From Skermanella rosea (GTDB lineage: Bacteria; Pseudomonadota; Alphaproteobacteria; Azospirillales; Azospirillaceae): a DNA stretch of 24,000 nucleotides. The first letter of the stretch is position 1. Every line of letters begins with the position of its first letter. Shown here one piece after another: positions 1 to 11,867 of this stretch. Both the position numbers and the translations under genes were made by a program. The stretch is from NCBI RefSeq assembly GCF_016806835.2, contig NZ_CP086111.1, positions 3,379,471-3,403,470 on the forward strand, in the 5' to 3' direction. Below the pieces are notes generated by a model that saw nothing but the letters and a program-made list of their open reading frames with translations, was not told the DNA's origin and made no database searches.

Positions 1-43
1 GAGATCTCGATGCGCCCCCAGGACCCACCCTTGCGAGAACTCC

Positions 44-397
44 TCAGCCCAGCAGCCGGGCAATGATTTCCAGGATCTGGGCCACGTAGTAAGGCTTCGT
101 GATATGCGCGTCGTGGCCGCCCGAGTAGGAGGGGGGTAGCTGCGTCTCTGGAACGGAGGTTGCCAGAACGATGGGCATACGCGAGCCTCGGGCGCGCAAC
201 TCGACAATCATGTCGAGCCCGTTCATGCGGGGCATCATGTAGTCCGTGATGATCAGGTCCGGGGGCGAGGCCAAGGCCATCTCCAACCCTCTGGCCCCAT
301 CAGAGGCCACCTCGACCAGATATCCCTCATCCTTGAGGAGCATGCCTGTCGACATAGAGATTAGAACCTCGTCCTCGACGAGCAGAACGCGGGCCAT
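44..397 (-). CDS. Single-domain response regulator (CheY-like receiver)
   Basis: 117-aa ORF VLLVEDEVLISM...DLIITDYMMPRMNGLDMI...TKPYY: conserved DD, phospho-acceptor D, and K of receiver domains; starts 4 bp after the KaiC-like gene stop, so likely co-transcribed. Confidence 0.93.
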   Translation of the reverse strand: MARVLLVEDEVLISMSTGMLLKDEGYLVEVASDGARGLEMALASPPDLIITDYMMPRMNGLDMIVELRARGSRMPIVLATSVPETQLPPSYSGGHDAHITKPYYVAQILEIIARLLG

Positions 398-1780
398 CCG
401 GTCAGGACCCCTTCTTACCAGTCCGTCGTGTCACCCCCTTCTGCGTGCTTTCGTCTGTCATGCGGTCGGGGAGAGCGCCTTTGGGGCGTAGCCTGTCGAG
501 ATCGGCCTCGCCAAACCGGATGCCGGTATCGCCGATGAAAAACTCCTCGGAGATTGGGTCGAAGTCGCTGTCCCGGACCTTCAGGATCGACAAGTTGCGC
601 CGCAGGATGCCGTCTCGCAGCGCGTAATGGACGAGCACAACATTGTCGGAGATGGCCGATATGTCGTTGTCGGTGGGCAGCCGCTCGGGCAGAAACAGCT
701 CCTTGCTCTCCAGAGTCCAAATGACGGCCGCTCCCCTGGAGCGGAGATGGTGGTTGAGAGCGTTGACGAAGAGCGACAATCGCTGCTTGTGGAGCAGCGA
801 GTCCTTGAAGGCTGTCAGCCCGTCGACGAAGACACGTCTGGCCTTGGTCGTCTCGACCAACTCGATGAGTTCATGGCCGAGTTCATCGATCAGGTTCTCA
901 GCTGGGCTTCTCCAGCGAACCGTGAGCGCCCCGGACTGCACAAGACTCGCCAGATCGATGCCGATAGACTGGGCCTTCAGCATCAGTCGCTTGGGTCTCT
1001 CGTAGAACCCGTAGAGCACGCCCGGCTCGTCAACCGTGCATTGTGAGAGAAAATGCAGTCCCAGCGTCGTCTTCCCGGTCCCTGTGGGTCCGAAGAGCAG
1101 GGTGGCCGAGGTGGCCGGGTAGCCACCATGCAGCATCGTGTCGAGGTCCTGCAGGCCGGAACTGGTCCGATTGGTCTCCTCATTTTCATCACCAAAGCAC
1201 AACTGCGTCGCTTCCAAGCGGGGGAAAACCCTGATGCCATGGGTCGTGATGCGAAAAAGATGCTCGCCCCGCAGGAAGCTGCCACCACGCTGCTTATGCA
1301 CCGTGAGGGAGCGAACGGATCTGAGGCCGTCGCTGATGTCACGAAGCTCAATCCAACCATCCACCATGGTAAACTCCGGCGAGGATGGCAGTCGTTGCTG
1401 ATTGGTGAGGATCAAGAGGGTTATGCCGAGCAGGGCGGCTTGCCCTTGAAGCTCATGGACGAAGGTGCGGAACTCGTGTTCGTTGCCAGCCACGTCGTGG
1501 ATGACGAAGAGACCATCCAGGATGACGAGCGACGCCTTGCTGCGCCGGGCCTCCTGCGACAGCAAGCGGATCACGCCGCGCATGCCTTCCTTGTCGACCG
1601 TCGAATATGCCGAGAGGTAAGTCAGCACCCTTGGGATCCTGTCCTCCGAATAGAACCCCATCTGCTGCATGTAGCGGATCATCCGGTCGTGGGGCTCTGC
1701 AAGCAGGCTCATGTAGAGGGCTGTCTCGCCCTGATCCGTGTGGTTGAAGCAGATCTGATTGGACAGGATAGTCTTGCCCG

Positions 1781-1790
1781 TCCCCGGACG
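1781..1790. repeat. Target site duplication, left copy (TCCCCGGACG)
   Basis: Identical to 3066-3075 flanking the other IS end. Confidence 0.95.
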
Positions 1791-3065
1791 CAGGGCTGTT
1801 CAGTTCTCGCTATGAGAGGCGATATGCGAGCGCATTGTCGAAGTTGAGCGCGTTGACGTAGAGTTCGCGGGCGATGTTCTGGACGCCGTTGGCCCGCAGG
1901 ATGTTGATCGCGAAGCTGCGGAACCGGGCGACGTGGGTGGGCTTGACGCGGGTTCGGCTGGCGTCCTCGCCGAACGTGACGTCGCGGACCCAATGGCTCC
2001 GGTTTTCAATCGCCCAGTGCCCCCGGACCGCCCGTCCGAACGCCTCGGCGCCGAGCGCGACCTGGCAGGCGTAGAACGAGACGTCCTCGGTGGCGTGCCA
2101 CAGGCCTGACCTGGTGTCCTTGTGCCAGGTCAGGCGGGCGACGCGGGCGGCGCAGACGATTAGGCCGTCCCATTCGGCGTCGAGTTTGCCCCGGACATCG
2201 AAGGTCTCGACCGTGCGGGTCTCGTGGCGGCCGTGGCCCTTGGGATCAACGCTCCTGTGGCTTTCGGCCGGGGGCTGGGTGGCGGCGATGGCCTCGAGCG
2301 TGGCCAGCAGGGTCGGCTGGTTGGCCTTGACCTGGGCGAGCAACGCGTTGCCGGTGTCGCGGGCCGCCTCAAAGGTTTTTTTGACAGTGCAGCGCGTCGG
2401 CGGTGAACAGCACGCCGCTCAGGCCGAGCTCCGCGATCAGGCGCTGGGCCGCCGGGATCTCGTTGCTCTTGTCGTCGATCTCGCTGTGCGCCAGCAGGAT
2501 CGCCGCCTCCGAGGCGAACGCGCTGAGCGCCTGGGCCGCCTTGCGGTCGTTGAGGTGGTCGAAGCTGCCCTTGAGCGTCTTGCCGTCGAGCGCGATCGCC
2601 GGCATCCCGCCCTCGGGGCGCGCCAGCAGGCTGGCGGCGTGCCGGCGGAACGCCCGCTCCAGGGCGTCGGCGTCGAGGTCCTGGAGCACGGTGCGCAGGG
2701 TGTTGACCGATGGCGCCCGCCTCAGGGCGACGCCGAACAGCTCGTTGAGCAACTCCCGGCGCTGCTCCAGGAAGACGATGATGCGGCGGTACGAGGTCGC
2801 GCCGGACAGCAGCGCCAGCACGGTGAACAGCAGCAGCGGCGCCAGCGGGTAGCGCTTGCCCGCCGCGCGCCGCGGATCGGGAACCTCGCCCAGGGCCGCG
2901 AGAAGCCGGCCGAACGGTACCATGGCAACCCCCAAGTCCAGGAATTGCCGAGCAAGGATTCACACATTCGCGCGAGATGGTAGACTCTTTCTACGCTGCT
3001 TCACACCCCGCCAGGACTCGCTGCGCGCGAGTCAGGCGCGCAACGGGGAGAACTGAACAGCCCTG
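1791..3065 (-). mobile_element. ISAs1-family-like insertion sequence, 1275 bp
   Basis: Perfect 18-bp terminal inverted repeats CAGGGCTGTTCAGTTCTC (1791-1808) and GAGAACTGAACAGCCCTG (3048-3065); 10-bp direct repeats TCCCCGGACG at 1781-1790 and 3066-3075; internal DDE transposase. Confidence 0.96.
1810..2935 (-). pseudogene. ISAs1-like transposase, split in two frames (2369-2935 and 1810-~2375)
   Basis: N-terminal ORF MGVAMVPFGRLLAALGEVPDPRRAAGKRYPLAPLLLFTVLALLSGATSYRRI...IALDGKTLKGSFDH...SGVLFTADALHCQK ends prematurely after an A7 run; C-terminal frame continues TFEAARDTGNALLAQVKANQPTLL...HWAIENRSHWVRDVTFGEDASRTR. Confidence 0.9.
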
Positions 3066-3075
3066 TCCCCGGACG
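3066..3075. repeat. Target site duplication, right copy (TCCCCGGACG)
   Basis: Identical to 1781-1790. Confidence 0.95.
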
Positions 3076-3374
3076 GCCTTGGACGATATAGGCTGCACCC
3101 CTGAGCAGGCCGCCATTCAGGACAATGTCCAGTCCTTCGATCCCGGTTGGTATCCGCTCCATGGCAAAACTCATCAGCGTCGTCCCTGAACTTGCATGCC
3201 GCGCCAGCAGGTTTGAGGCGACAGGCTTCTCCTCCGGTGAGCCCATCAAGCCTGCGCTCCCAGCAATTAGTCTGCAGCTATTAGCATCTCTGCTCGCTGT
3301 TTGTAAGGCGCGTCCGAGCAAGGCTGTAGAACATGTTGGTTGTGTTCCCAGAGGATCATGTATGTCTTCAGGGG

Positions 3375-3954
3375 CTGCTAATCACCCACACCGTCAAGAG
3401 CGAGGGTTGGCGTCGAGAACGATGTCGGTCAGGCGCGCCATACACGTTCAGGGTGGCGTAGATGAGCTCGACCTCCGCGGTCTCGACCCGCCCGGCGGCG
3501 TCCCGGACGGCGATGCGGTGCCGTCGTCCGCGAGCCGGTCGACACACGTCCAGACCAGATAGTGGGTCCCGAGATCCCGCGCGAGGCAGAAGAACTCGTA
3601 AATGTCGTTCTTGCGATCGCCGATGTGGACGCAGCGAGCCGGATCACCGGACAGTTCCGCGGTCCGCCGCATGGTGTCCAGCCAGCGGACGCTTTCCTTC
3701 CCGTCGATGCACGCGAAGGGAATGCTCTCCCCCCATGGCTTCCGCCATCCGCCCCAGCAGCCCGTGCAGCCGACGCTCCAGGCACCGGTCAGCCAGGTGG
3801 CAGCCGGCGAGTTCATCGTCGACCCAGTTCCTTGAAGCATCGGTCATCGGTACCTCCCGGACCTCTCCCGATGCCAAAGCCCGCTGCTTGAAGTGGCCGA
3901 GACCGGGTGCCGCCCAACCCGCCCGGCCCTGATGAAGATGTGGGTTATTGGCAG
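3375..3954 (-). mobile_element. Internally deleted IS4/IS50-like insertion sequence remnant (~580 bp)
   Basis: Imperfect terminal inverted repeats CTGCTAATCACCCACACC / reverse complement CTGCCAATAACCCACATC (15/18) flanked by 9-bp direct repeats CTTCAGGGG (3366-3374, 3955-3963); transposase fragments inside. Confidence 0.87.
3400..3847 (-). pseudogene. IS4-family (Tn5/IS50-like) transposase remnant
   Basis: Fragments in several frames: MTDASRNWVDDELAGCHLADRCLERRLHGLLGRMAEAMGG (N-terminal region), then RTAELSGDPARCVHIGDRKNDIYEFFCLARDLGTHYLVWTCVDRLADDG, then HRIAVRDAAGRVETAEVELIYATLNV in another frame. Confidence 0.85.
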
Positions 3955-4256
3955 CTTCAGGGGATGCCTACTGACCACCCACAGATTGTTCGAAACAAGA
4001 GGTGTTGCCATGCCGCCTGAATCGGTAGAGGGTGACTTGGATTCCGGGTTTTGTTAGGCGTCCTTTATGCGGCACGGCAGGCATCGGATCGCAGGGACGG
4101 TCCACTCTAAGCAGTGGCGCCCCAGGAGCAGCAGGATCTCCAACATCCAGGAAGCCCATATGGCGAAGGTCTGGGAAATCGTCGCTTCGCTCGTACGCCA
4201 CCGCGAAGAGGCGCGATCCGATGGCCGGAACGCTGCCTGGCCGCATTTCTGAACGC

Positions 4257-5528
4257 TTAGCGCGGTACCGGGCGGGATGTCCCCGCGCCGCCTGAGTTCG
4301 GGACGGATGCGAGCGCGAACCCGCCGACAGCCAGCAGCATCGGCAGGATGGAGAAGATGAAACGCCCCTCCTCACCCCTTTCGCCGACCGATACCAGGAT
4401 CACGACGAGTAACGTCGAGGCGGCCAGCCACCAGCGTTGGTCGAGCCAGGGCCAGCACCCACGGCGGATCAGCACGGCGGCCCCGATCGCGGCATAGCCG
4501 GCCAGGGTCAGGAGCAATACCGTCACGACGGCCCGGTAGGCCAAGATCCCGATGCCCTGAGGATCCCGGTCGTACATCCGCGTCGGCGCGCTGGCGAAAA
4601 CCGCGAGGCGGTCCAGGATATGGCCCGCCGCCCGGACCGGTTCTCCAAGAATCCTCGCGACGATCAGCGACTTGAGCGCCTCGCTCTCCCTGTACACCTC
4701 GGAGGTGTTCAGGTCGGCCCACAGTTCGTCGGCACCTTCCCGGACGCGCGGCAGTTCCTCCAGGCGGCGGGCGGCCCGTATGTCGGGGTCGAAATCCTCC
4801 CAGGCGCGCTGGAGATTGAAACCGGAGACGTTGGTCCAGGTGATCTGATGGTCATGGGCCAACCAGACATGCAGGTGCCACCCGCCCGAGAGGATCGCGA
4901 CGGGAATGAAGAAGGCCGCCAGCGCCCCTGCCCTTCCCGGTGCCGTCCTGGCGATTCGATGGGTCTCCACTGCCAGGAACAGCGGCAGCAGGAAGATCAT
5001 GAAAGGCCGAGTCAGTTCCAGCAGCGAGAGGCACAGCCCGGCAGCCGCCAGCCTGCCCGGCCGGCGATCCCGCAGCCAAGCCCGGACCAGCAGGAAATAG
5101 CCGAGCGTCAGCAGGGCGAAGAGGGGGTCGTAGTTCGCCGGGTTGCCGGCATGGACCGCCACTCCCCGGTGCGCCAGGAACAGCCCGAGAATCAGCACCG
5201 CGGCCCGCAGCCGGAGCCGTTCCGGCTGGATCAGCACGGCCAGCGCGAAGGCCGATGCCACGGTCAGCGGGTACAATATCTTCGAGAACAGGGTCAGGTC
5301 GCGGAAATTGATCCACCACAGCAGTTCCAGCGTCGAGAGCACGGGCGGGATCCCGGTGCGCAGCCCCGCCAGGTAATCCCGGACGTCGGCCGCGGTCCGG
5401 AATGTCTCCAGGTCCAGGGTCCGCATCCAGGTGACCGCGGAGGTGGCCGTGTAGCCCCAGACCGGCACGAGGAAGACGGCGCAGATCAGCAGCAACCGCG
5501 CGACGTTCCCGCACCTATCGATACCCAT
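4257..5528 (-). CDS. Polytopic membrane protein, possibly glycosyltransferase-like
   Basis: 423-aa ORF from MGIDRCGNVARLLLICAVFLVPVWG with many hydrophobic segments. The longer ORF start (6062) overlaps the DUF1194 gene and is unlikely. Confidence 0.7.
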   Translation of the reverse strand: MGIDRCGNVARLLLICAVFLVPVWGYTATSAVTWMRTLDLETFRTAADVRDYLAGLRTGIPPVLSTLELLWWINFRDLTLFSKILYPLTVASAFALAVLIQPERLRLRAAVLILGLFLAHRGVAVHAGNPANYDPLFALLTLGYFLLVRAWLRDRRPGRLAAAGLCLSLLELTRPFMIFLLPLFLAVETHRIARTAPGRAGALAAFFIPVAILSGGWHLHVWLAHDHQITWTNVSGFNLQRAWEDFDPDIRAARRLEELPRVREGADELWADLNTSEVYRESEALKSLIVARILGEPVRAAGHILDRLAVFASAPTRMYDRDPQGIGILAYRAVVTVLLLTLAGYAAIGAAVLIRRGCWPWLDQRWWLAASTLLVVILVSVGERGEEGRFIFSILPMLLAVGGFALASVPNSGGAGTSRPVPR

Positions 5529-5575
5529 TCCGACGATCCGCGCCCAAGCCCCTGTCAGGATCTCCGAACACCGGG

Positions 5576-6301
5576 TCAGGGCACGGGTTCCGGCAGGGCC
5601 GCGATCTCCCTCAGCAGCTTCGCGATGATGGCGTCGGCGAAACTCGAAGGGTCCCTGGCGACGACGACGAACGAGCCGGGCCCGCCGATCACGTTCTCCT
5701 GGAAATAGACATCCAGGTGGCGGCGCCGGTCGCGGTCCTCGGCCCAGGGCAGCAGGCCGGCGCGCAGGATCGGCAGCCCGTTGATTATGATGCCGGCCCT
5801 GACGGCATCGTCGCGGGCCAGCGTGACCGGACGGCCGACATTGTTCTCCCCGTCGCCCGATATGTCGATGACCTGCCGCGTTCCTTCGAACCCGTTCGAC
5901 GCGAACAGAAGGGCGCAGTGGTCGATCAGGGCGCTGATCGAGGTGCGGGACTCCGTCACCGTCGGCCCCCCCGCCAACTCCCGGCTGAACGCCTTGGCGC
6001 TCGCCGGACCGTCGATCACCCGCCAGTCGGCCACGGTCCGCTGCAACTTGTCGTCGGCCCATTCCACGTAGGTGACGGCGATGCGGCCCAGCGCGCCGCC
6101 CTGGATCGCCTCCACCACCCGCCTGTCGGTGATGGCGCGGGCATAGCCGTTCCTCTGGAGGTGGGCATCCTCCTCGTTGACCGAGCCGGAGACATCCACG
6201 GCGAGCACCAGTTCCAGGTCCACCGGAATCTCCGCCCGGGCCGCCATGCCGGATACCGCCAGCAGCCCGATGAAACCGCTCAGAAGAGCAAGCACCTTCA
6301 T
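5576..6301 (-). CDS. DUF1194 / von Willebrand factor A-like secreted protein
   Basis: Signal peptide MKVLALLSGFIGLLAVSGMAARA then DLELVLAVDVSGSVNEEDAHLQRNGYARAI (MIDAS DxSxS), VIDISGDGENN, typical of DUF1194. Confidence 0.9.
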   Translation of the reverse strand: MKVLALLSGFIGLLAVSGMAARAEIPVDLELVLAVDVSGSVNEEDAHLQRNGYARAITDRRVVEAIQGGALGRIAVTYVEWADDKLQRTVADWRVIDGPASAKAFSRELAGGPTVTESRTSISALIDHCALLFASNGFEGTRQVIDISGDGENNVGRPVTLARDDAVRAGIIINGLPILRAGLLPWAEDRDRRRHLDVYFQENVIGGPGSFVVVARDPSSFADAIIAKLLREIAALPEPVP

Positions 6302-6373
6302 CCTGTTTCCCCCCAATGCCAACCCAGCGATTGCAACGCTTTCTCCGGCATCGGGTTAGTTAGTTTGAGTCTG

Positions 6374-8914
<2,541 letters not shown>

Positions 8915-8917
8915 GAC

Positions 8918-9934
8918 ATGGACAACCGCCAGACCATGGATACGGAAACCGCGGCGGATACCCGGGCGACCGATGCGGCGGATGCCGATATGACGGTGCG
9001 CGTCGCGACCGTCACCCTCAACCCGGCGATCGACCAGACCATCTCGATCCCCAACTTCACCGCCGGTCAGGTCAACCGCGTCGAGTGGGAACAGGCCGAT
9101 CCCGGCGGCAAGGGCGTCAACGTGGCGGCCTTCCTCGCCGACTTCGGTTGCGCGGTCAGCGTCACCGGGTTCCTCGGCACCGACAACATCGAGATCTTCC
9201 GGAACTTCTTCGCCGAGAAGGGGATCGCCGACCGCTTCGTGACCGTGCCCGGCCGTACCCGCGCCAACGTGAAGATCCTGGACACGCCGAACAAGCGCAT
9301 CACCGACATCAACCTGCCCGGCCTGCCCTTCTCGGCCGAGAACCTGACCTGGCTTCGGGGCGCCATAGACGCGCTGTCGATCGACCACGACTGGTTCGTG
9401 CTGTCGGGCAGCACGCCGTCGGGCACGCCCGAGACGGTCTATGCCGACATGGTCGCCGACCTGCGCGGGCGCGGCAAGAAGGTCGTCCTGGATGCCAGCG
9501 GCCCGGCCTTCGCGCAGGGCGTCGCGGCGCTGCCCTACGCGATCAAGCCGAACCTGGAGGAGTTGGAGGAGCTGGTCGGCCGCAGGCTGCCCGACGAGAC
9601 GGCGATCCTGGCCGCGATCCAGGAATTGATCGACCGCGGCATCGGCTGCGTCGTCGTCTCCCTGGGGGCCGACGGCGCGATCTTCGCCGAAGGAACGGCC
9701 CGCCTCGCGGTCAGGCCGCCGGCGGTCATCGTGCGCAGCACCGTGGGAGCTGGGGACGCCATGGTCGCCGGATTCATCCTGGGCAAGCTCCGCGGCCTGG
9801 ACCTGGAAGACTGCGCCAAGCAGGCGACCGCCTTCTCGCTCGGCACGTTGACGACCGTCGGACCGCACCTGCCGCCGCCGGAAACGATCGAGAAATCCAT
9901 GGGCGAGATCGAGGTCCGGGTCATCGCCCCGTAG
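8918..9934 (+). CDS. fruK: 1-phosphofructokinase (start may be 8990)
   Basis: VATVTLNPAIDQTISIPNFTAGQVNRV...DPGGKGVNVAAFLADFG...STVGAGDAMVAGFILG: PfkB-family signatures; located between fruB and fruA. Confidence 0.95.
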   Translation: MDNRQTMDTETAADTRATDAADADMTVRVATVTLNPAIDQTISIPNFTAGQVNRVEWEQADPGGKGVNVAAFLADFGCAVSVTGFLGTDNIEIFRNFFAEKGIADRFVTVPGRTRANVKILDTPNKRITDINLPGLPFSAENLTWLRGAIDALSIDHDWFVLSGSTPSGTPETVYADMVADLRGRGKKVVLDASGPAFAQGVAALPYAIKPNLEELEELVGRRLPDETAILAAIQELIDRGIGCVVVSLGADGAIFAEGTARLAVRPPAVIVRSTVGAGDAMVAGFILGKLRGLDLEDCAKQATAFSLGTLTTVGPHLPPPETIEKSMGEIEVRVIAP

Positions 9935-9967
9935 TCGCATTCCCGCTGCCGCCTGGAGAAGAGAAAC

Positions 9968-11863
9968 ATGAAGAAAGTCGTCGCCGTGACGGGTTCCAGG
10001 GCCTCCGCCGCCCACACCGCGATGGCGGCCGAAGCGCTGGAAGCCACGGCCGACATGCTGGGATACGACATCCGCGTCGAGCGCCTCGGCCCGGACGGGA
10101 CCAGCGACCGGTTGTCCGACATCGAGATCCGCAATGCCGACGTGGTGATCCTGGCGACCGACCAGCCCGACGACCAGGGCCGGTTCGAAGGCAAGACCGT
10201 CCGCCGCGCCACGCCCAGCGAAGCGATCCGCCACACCGCGCGCCTGCTGCGGGAGGCCATCGGGGACCGGGATCTGCCGCCTGTCGCCGAGTTGGCATCT
10301 CCGGGAACCGTGCCGCTGGAGCCGCCACCCGCCGCCCGGCCTGCGCCGCCTCCCGACCCGGCGCCGCAGCCCTCCCGGGCCGCCACGCCGCCGCCCGCTC
10401 CGCCCGCCGCCACGCAAACGCCGAAGCGGATCGTGGCGATCACGTCCTGCCCCACCGGCATCGCCCACACCTTCATGGCGGCGGAAGCGCTCAACAAGGC
10501 CGCCCGCGCCCTGGGCCACCAGATCAAGGTCGAGACGCAAGGGTCTGTCGGCGCCGGCAATCCCCTGACACCCGAGGAGATCGAGGCCGCCGACGTGGTG
10601 ATCATCGCGGCCGACACGAACGTGGCGCTGGACCGGTTCGCCCACAAGCGGGTCTATTCCACATCCACCGGCAGGGCGCTGAAGGGCGGGAAGGAAGTCA
10701 TCACGACCGCCTTCGAGAAGGCCGAGATGCCGGGCGACGGGAGCGGAAACGCCCCGGCCGGCACCCAGCCCGCGATCGGCAGGAACCTCGCCGGCGAGGT
10801 CGAGCGGCTGAAGGCCGAGCGGTCGGCGCAGCGGACCGGCCCGTACAAGCACCTGATGACGGGGGTGTCCTACACCATCCCGGTGGTCGTCGCGGGCGGT
10901 CTCGCCATCGCGCTGTCCTTCATGTTCGGCATCGACGCGGCGAACCAGGAAGGCTCGCTCGCCGCGGCGCTGATGCAGATCGGCGGGCAGGCCGCCTTCG
11001 CCCTGATGGTGCCGGTCCTGTCCGGATACATCGCCTTCTCCATCGCCGACCGCCCGGGCCTCGCCCCCGGCCTGATCGGCGGCATGCTCGCCAGCCAGAT
11101 CGGCGCCGGGTTCCTGGGCGGGCTGGCCTCCGGTTTCCTGGCGGGGTACATCGCGTATTATCTCAGAAGCTGGATCAGGCTGCCCCAGAACCTGGAGGGG
11201 CTGAAGCCGGTGCTGATCATACCGCTGCTCGCCAGCGTCGCGGTCGGCCTGCTGATGATCTACGTGGTCGGAACGCCGATCGCGGCGATCCTGTCCGGCC
11301 TGACCGCATGGCTAAGCGGCATGACCTCGGCCAACGCGGTGTTCCTGGGCCTTCTGCTGGGCGGCATGATGGCGGTCGACATGGGCGGTCCGGTCAACAA
11401 GTCGGCCTACACCTTCGCGGTCGGGCTGCTGGCCTCGCAGACCTACCTGCCGATGGCGGCCGTCATGGCGGCCGGCATGACCCCGCCGCTGGGATTGGCG
11501 CTCGCCACCATGCTCGCGAAGAACCGCTTCACCCCCGACGAGCGGGACGCCGGCAAGGCGGCCGCCGTGCTGGGCATCTCGTTCATCACCGAAGGCGCGA
11601 TCCCGTTCGCCGCGAAGGACCCCCTGCGGGTGATCCCGCCGGCGATCGTCGGCTCCGCCCTGACCGGCGCCCTGTCAATGCTGTTCGGCTGCATGCTGCG
11701 GGCGCCCCACGGCGGGATCTTCGTGCTGGGCATCCCCAACGCGGTCACCAATGTCGGTTTCTACGCGCTGGCGATCGTGATCGGGACCGTGGTGACCGCC
11801 GGCTTGGTGATCGTCTTCAAGAAGCCGGGAACCGAAGCGACGCTGGGCGCCGAGGCGGCTTAG
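9968..11863 (+). CDS. fruA: PTS fructose transporter subunit IIB'BC
   Basis: IIB motif [18 protein letters not shown]; [47 protein letters not shown]; N-terminal second IIB-like domain. Confidence 0.95.
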   Translation: MKKVVAVTGSRASAAHTAMAAEALEATADMLGYDIRVERLGPDGTSDRLSDIEIRNADVVILATDQPDDQGRFEGKTVRRATPSEAIRHTARLLREAIGDRDLPPVAELASPGTVPLEPPPAARPAPPPDPAPQPSRAATPPPAPPAATQTPKRIVAITSCPTGIAHTFMAAEALNKAARALGHQIKVETQGSVGAGNPLTPEEIEAADVVIIAADTNVALDRFAHKRVYSTSTGRALKGGKEVITTAFEKAEMPGDGSGNAPAGTQPAIGRNLAGEVERLKAERSAQRTGPYKHLMTGVSYTIPVVVAGGLAIALSFMFGIDAANQEGSLAAALMQIGGQAAFALMVPVLSGYIAFSIADRPGLAPGLIGGMLASQIGAGFLGGLASGFLAGYIAYYLRSWIRLPQNLEGLKPVLIIPLLASVAVGLLMIYVVGTPIAAILSGLTAWLSGMTSANAVFLGLLLGGMMAVDMGGPVNKSAYTFAVGLLASQTYLPMAAVMAAGMTPPLGLALATMLAKNRFTPDERDAGKAAAVLGISFITEGAIPFAAKDPLRVIPPAIVGSALTGALSMLFGCMLRAPHGGIFVLGIPNAVTNVGFYALAIVIGTVVTAGLVIVFKKPGTEATLGAEAA

Positions 11864-11867
11864 CCCC

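Larger units (their letters stand above)
402..3174 (-). pseudogene. KaiC-like double RecA-fold ATPase gene, interrupted by an insertion sequence (5' part ~3066-3174, 3' part 402-1790)
   Basis: 3' part: second Walker A LLFGPTGTGKTTLGLHFL and KaiC-type domain; open frame upstream of annotated M reads RPGTGKTILSNQICFNHTDQGETALYMSLLAE. 5' part: MSFAMERIPTGIEGLDIVLNGGLLRGAAYIVQGRPGTG. Removing the IS and one TSD copy restores a 1488-bp (495 aa) frame with GRPGTGKT. Confidence 0.93.

Noticed and set aside
402-1712. 402-1712 as a complete natural gene
   Set aside because: Coding similarity continues upstream of the ATG into the IS boundary and resumes on the other side; it is the 3' part of a split gene.
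4257-6062. 601-aa minus-strand ORF as a single protein
   Set aside because: N-terminal ~180 aa is an out-of-frame product of the DUF1194 gene; membrane protein most likely starts at 5528.
5717-6373. N-terminal extension of the fruB ORF to position 5717
   Set aside because: Runs antisense through the whole DUF1194 gene; PTS EIIA homology begins only at ~6400, so the extension is high-GC read-through.
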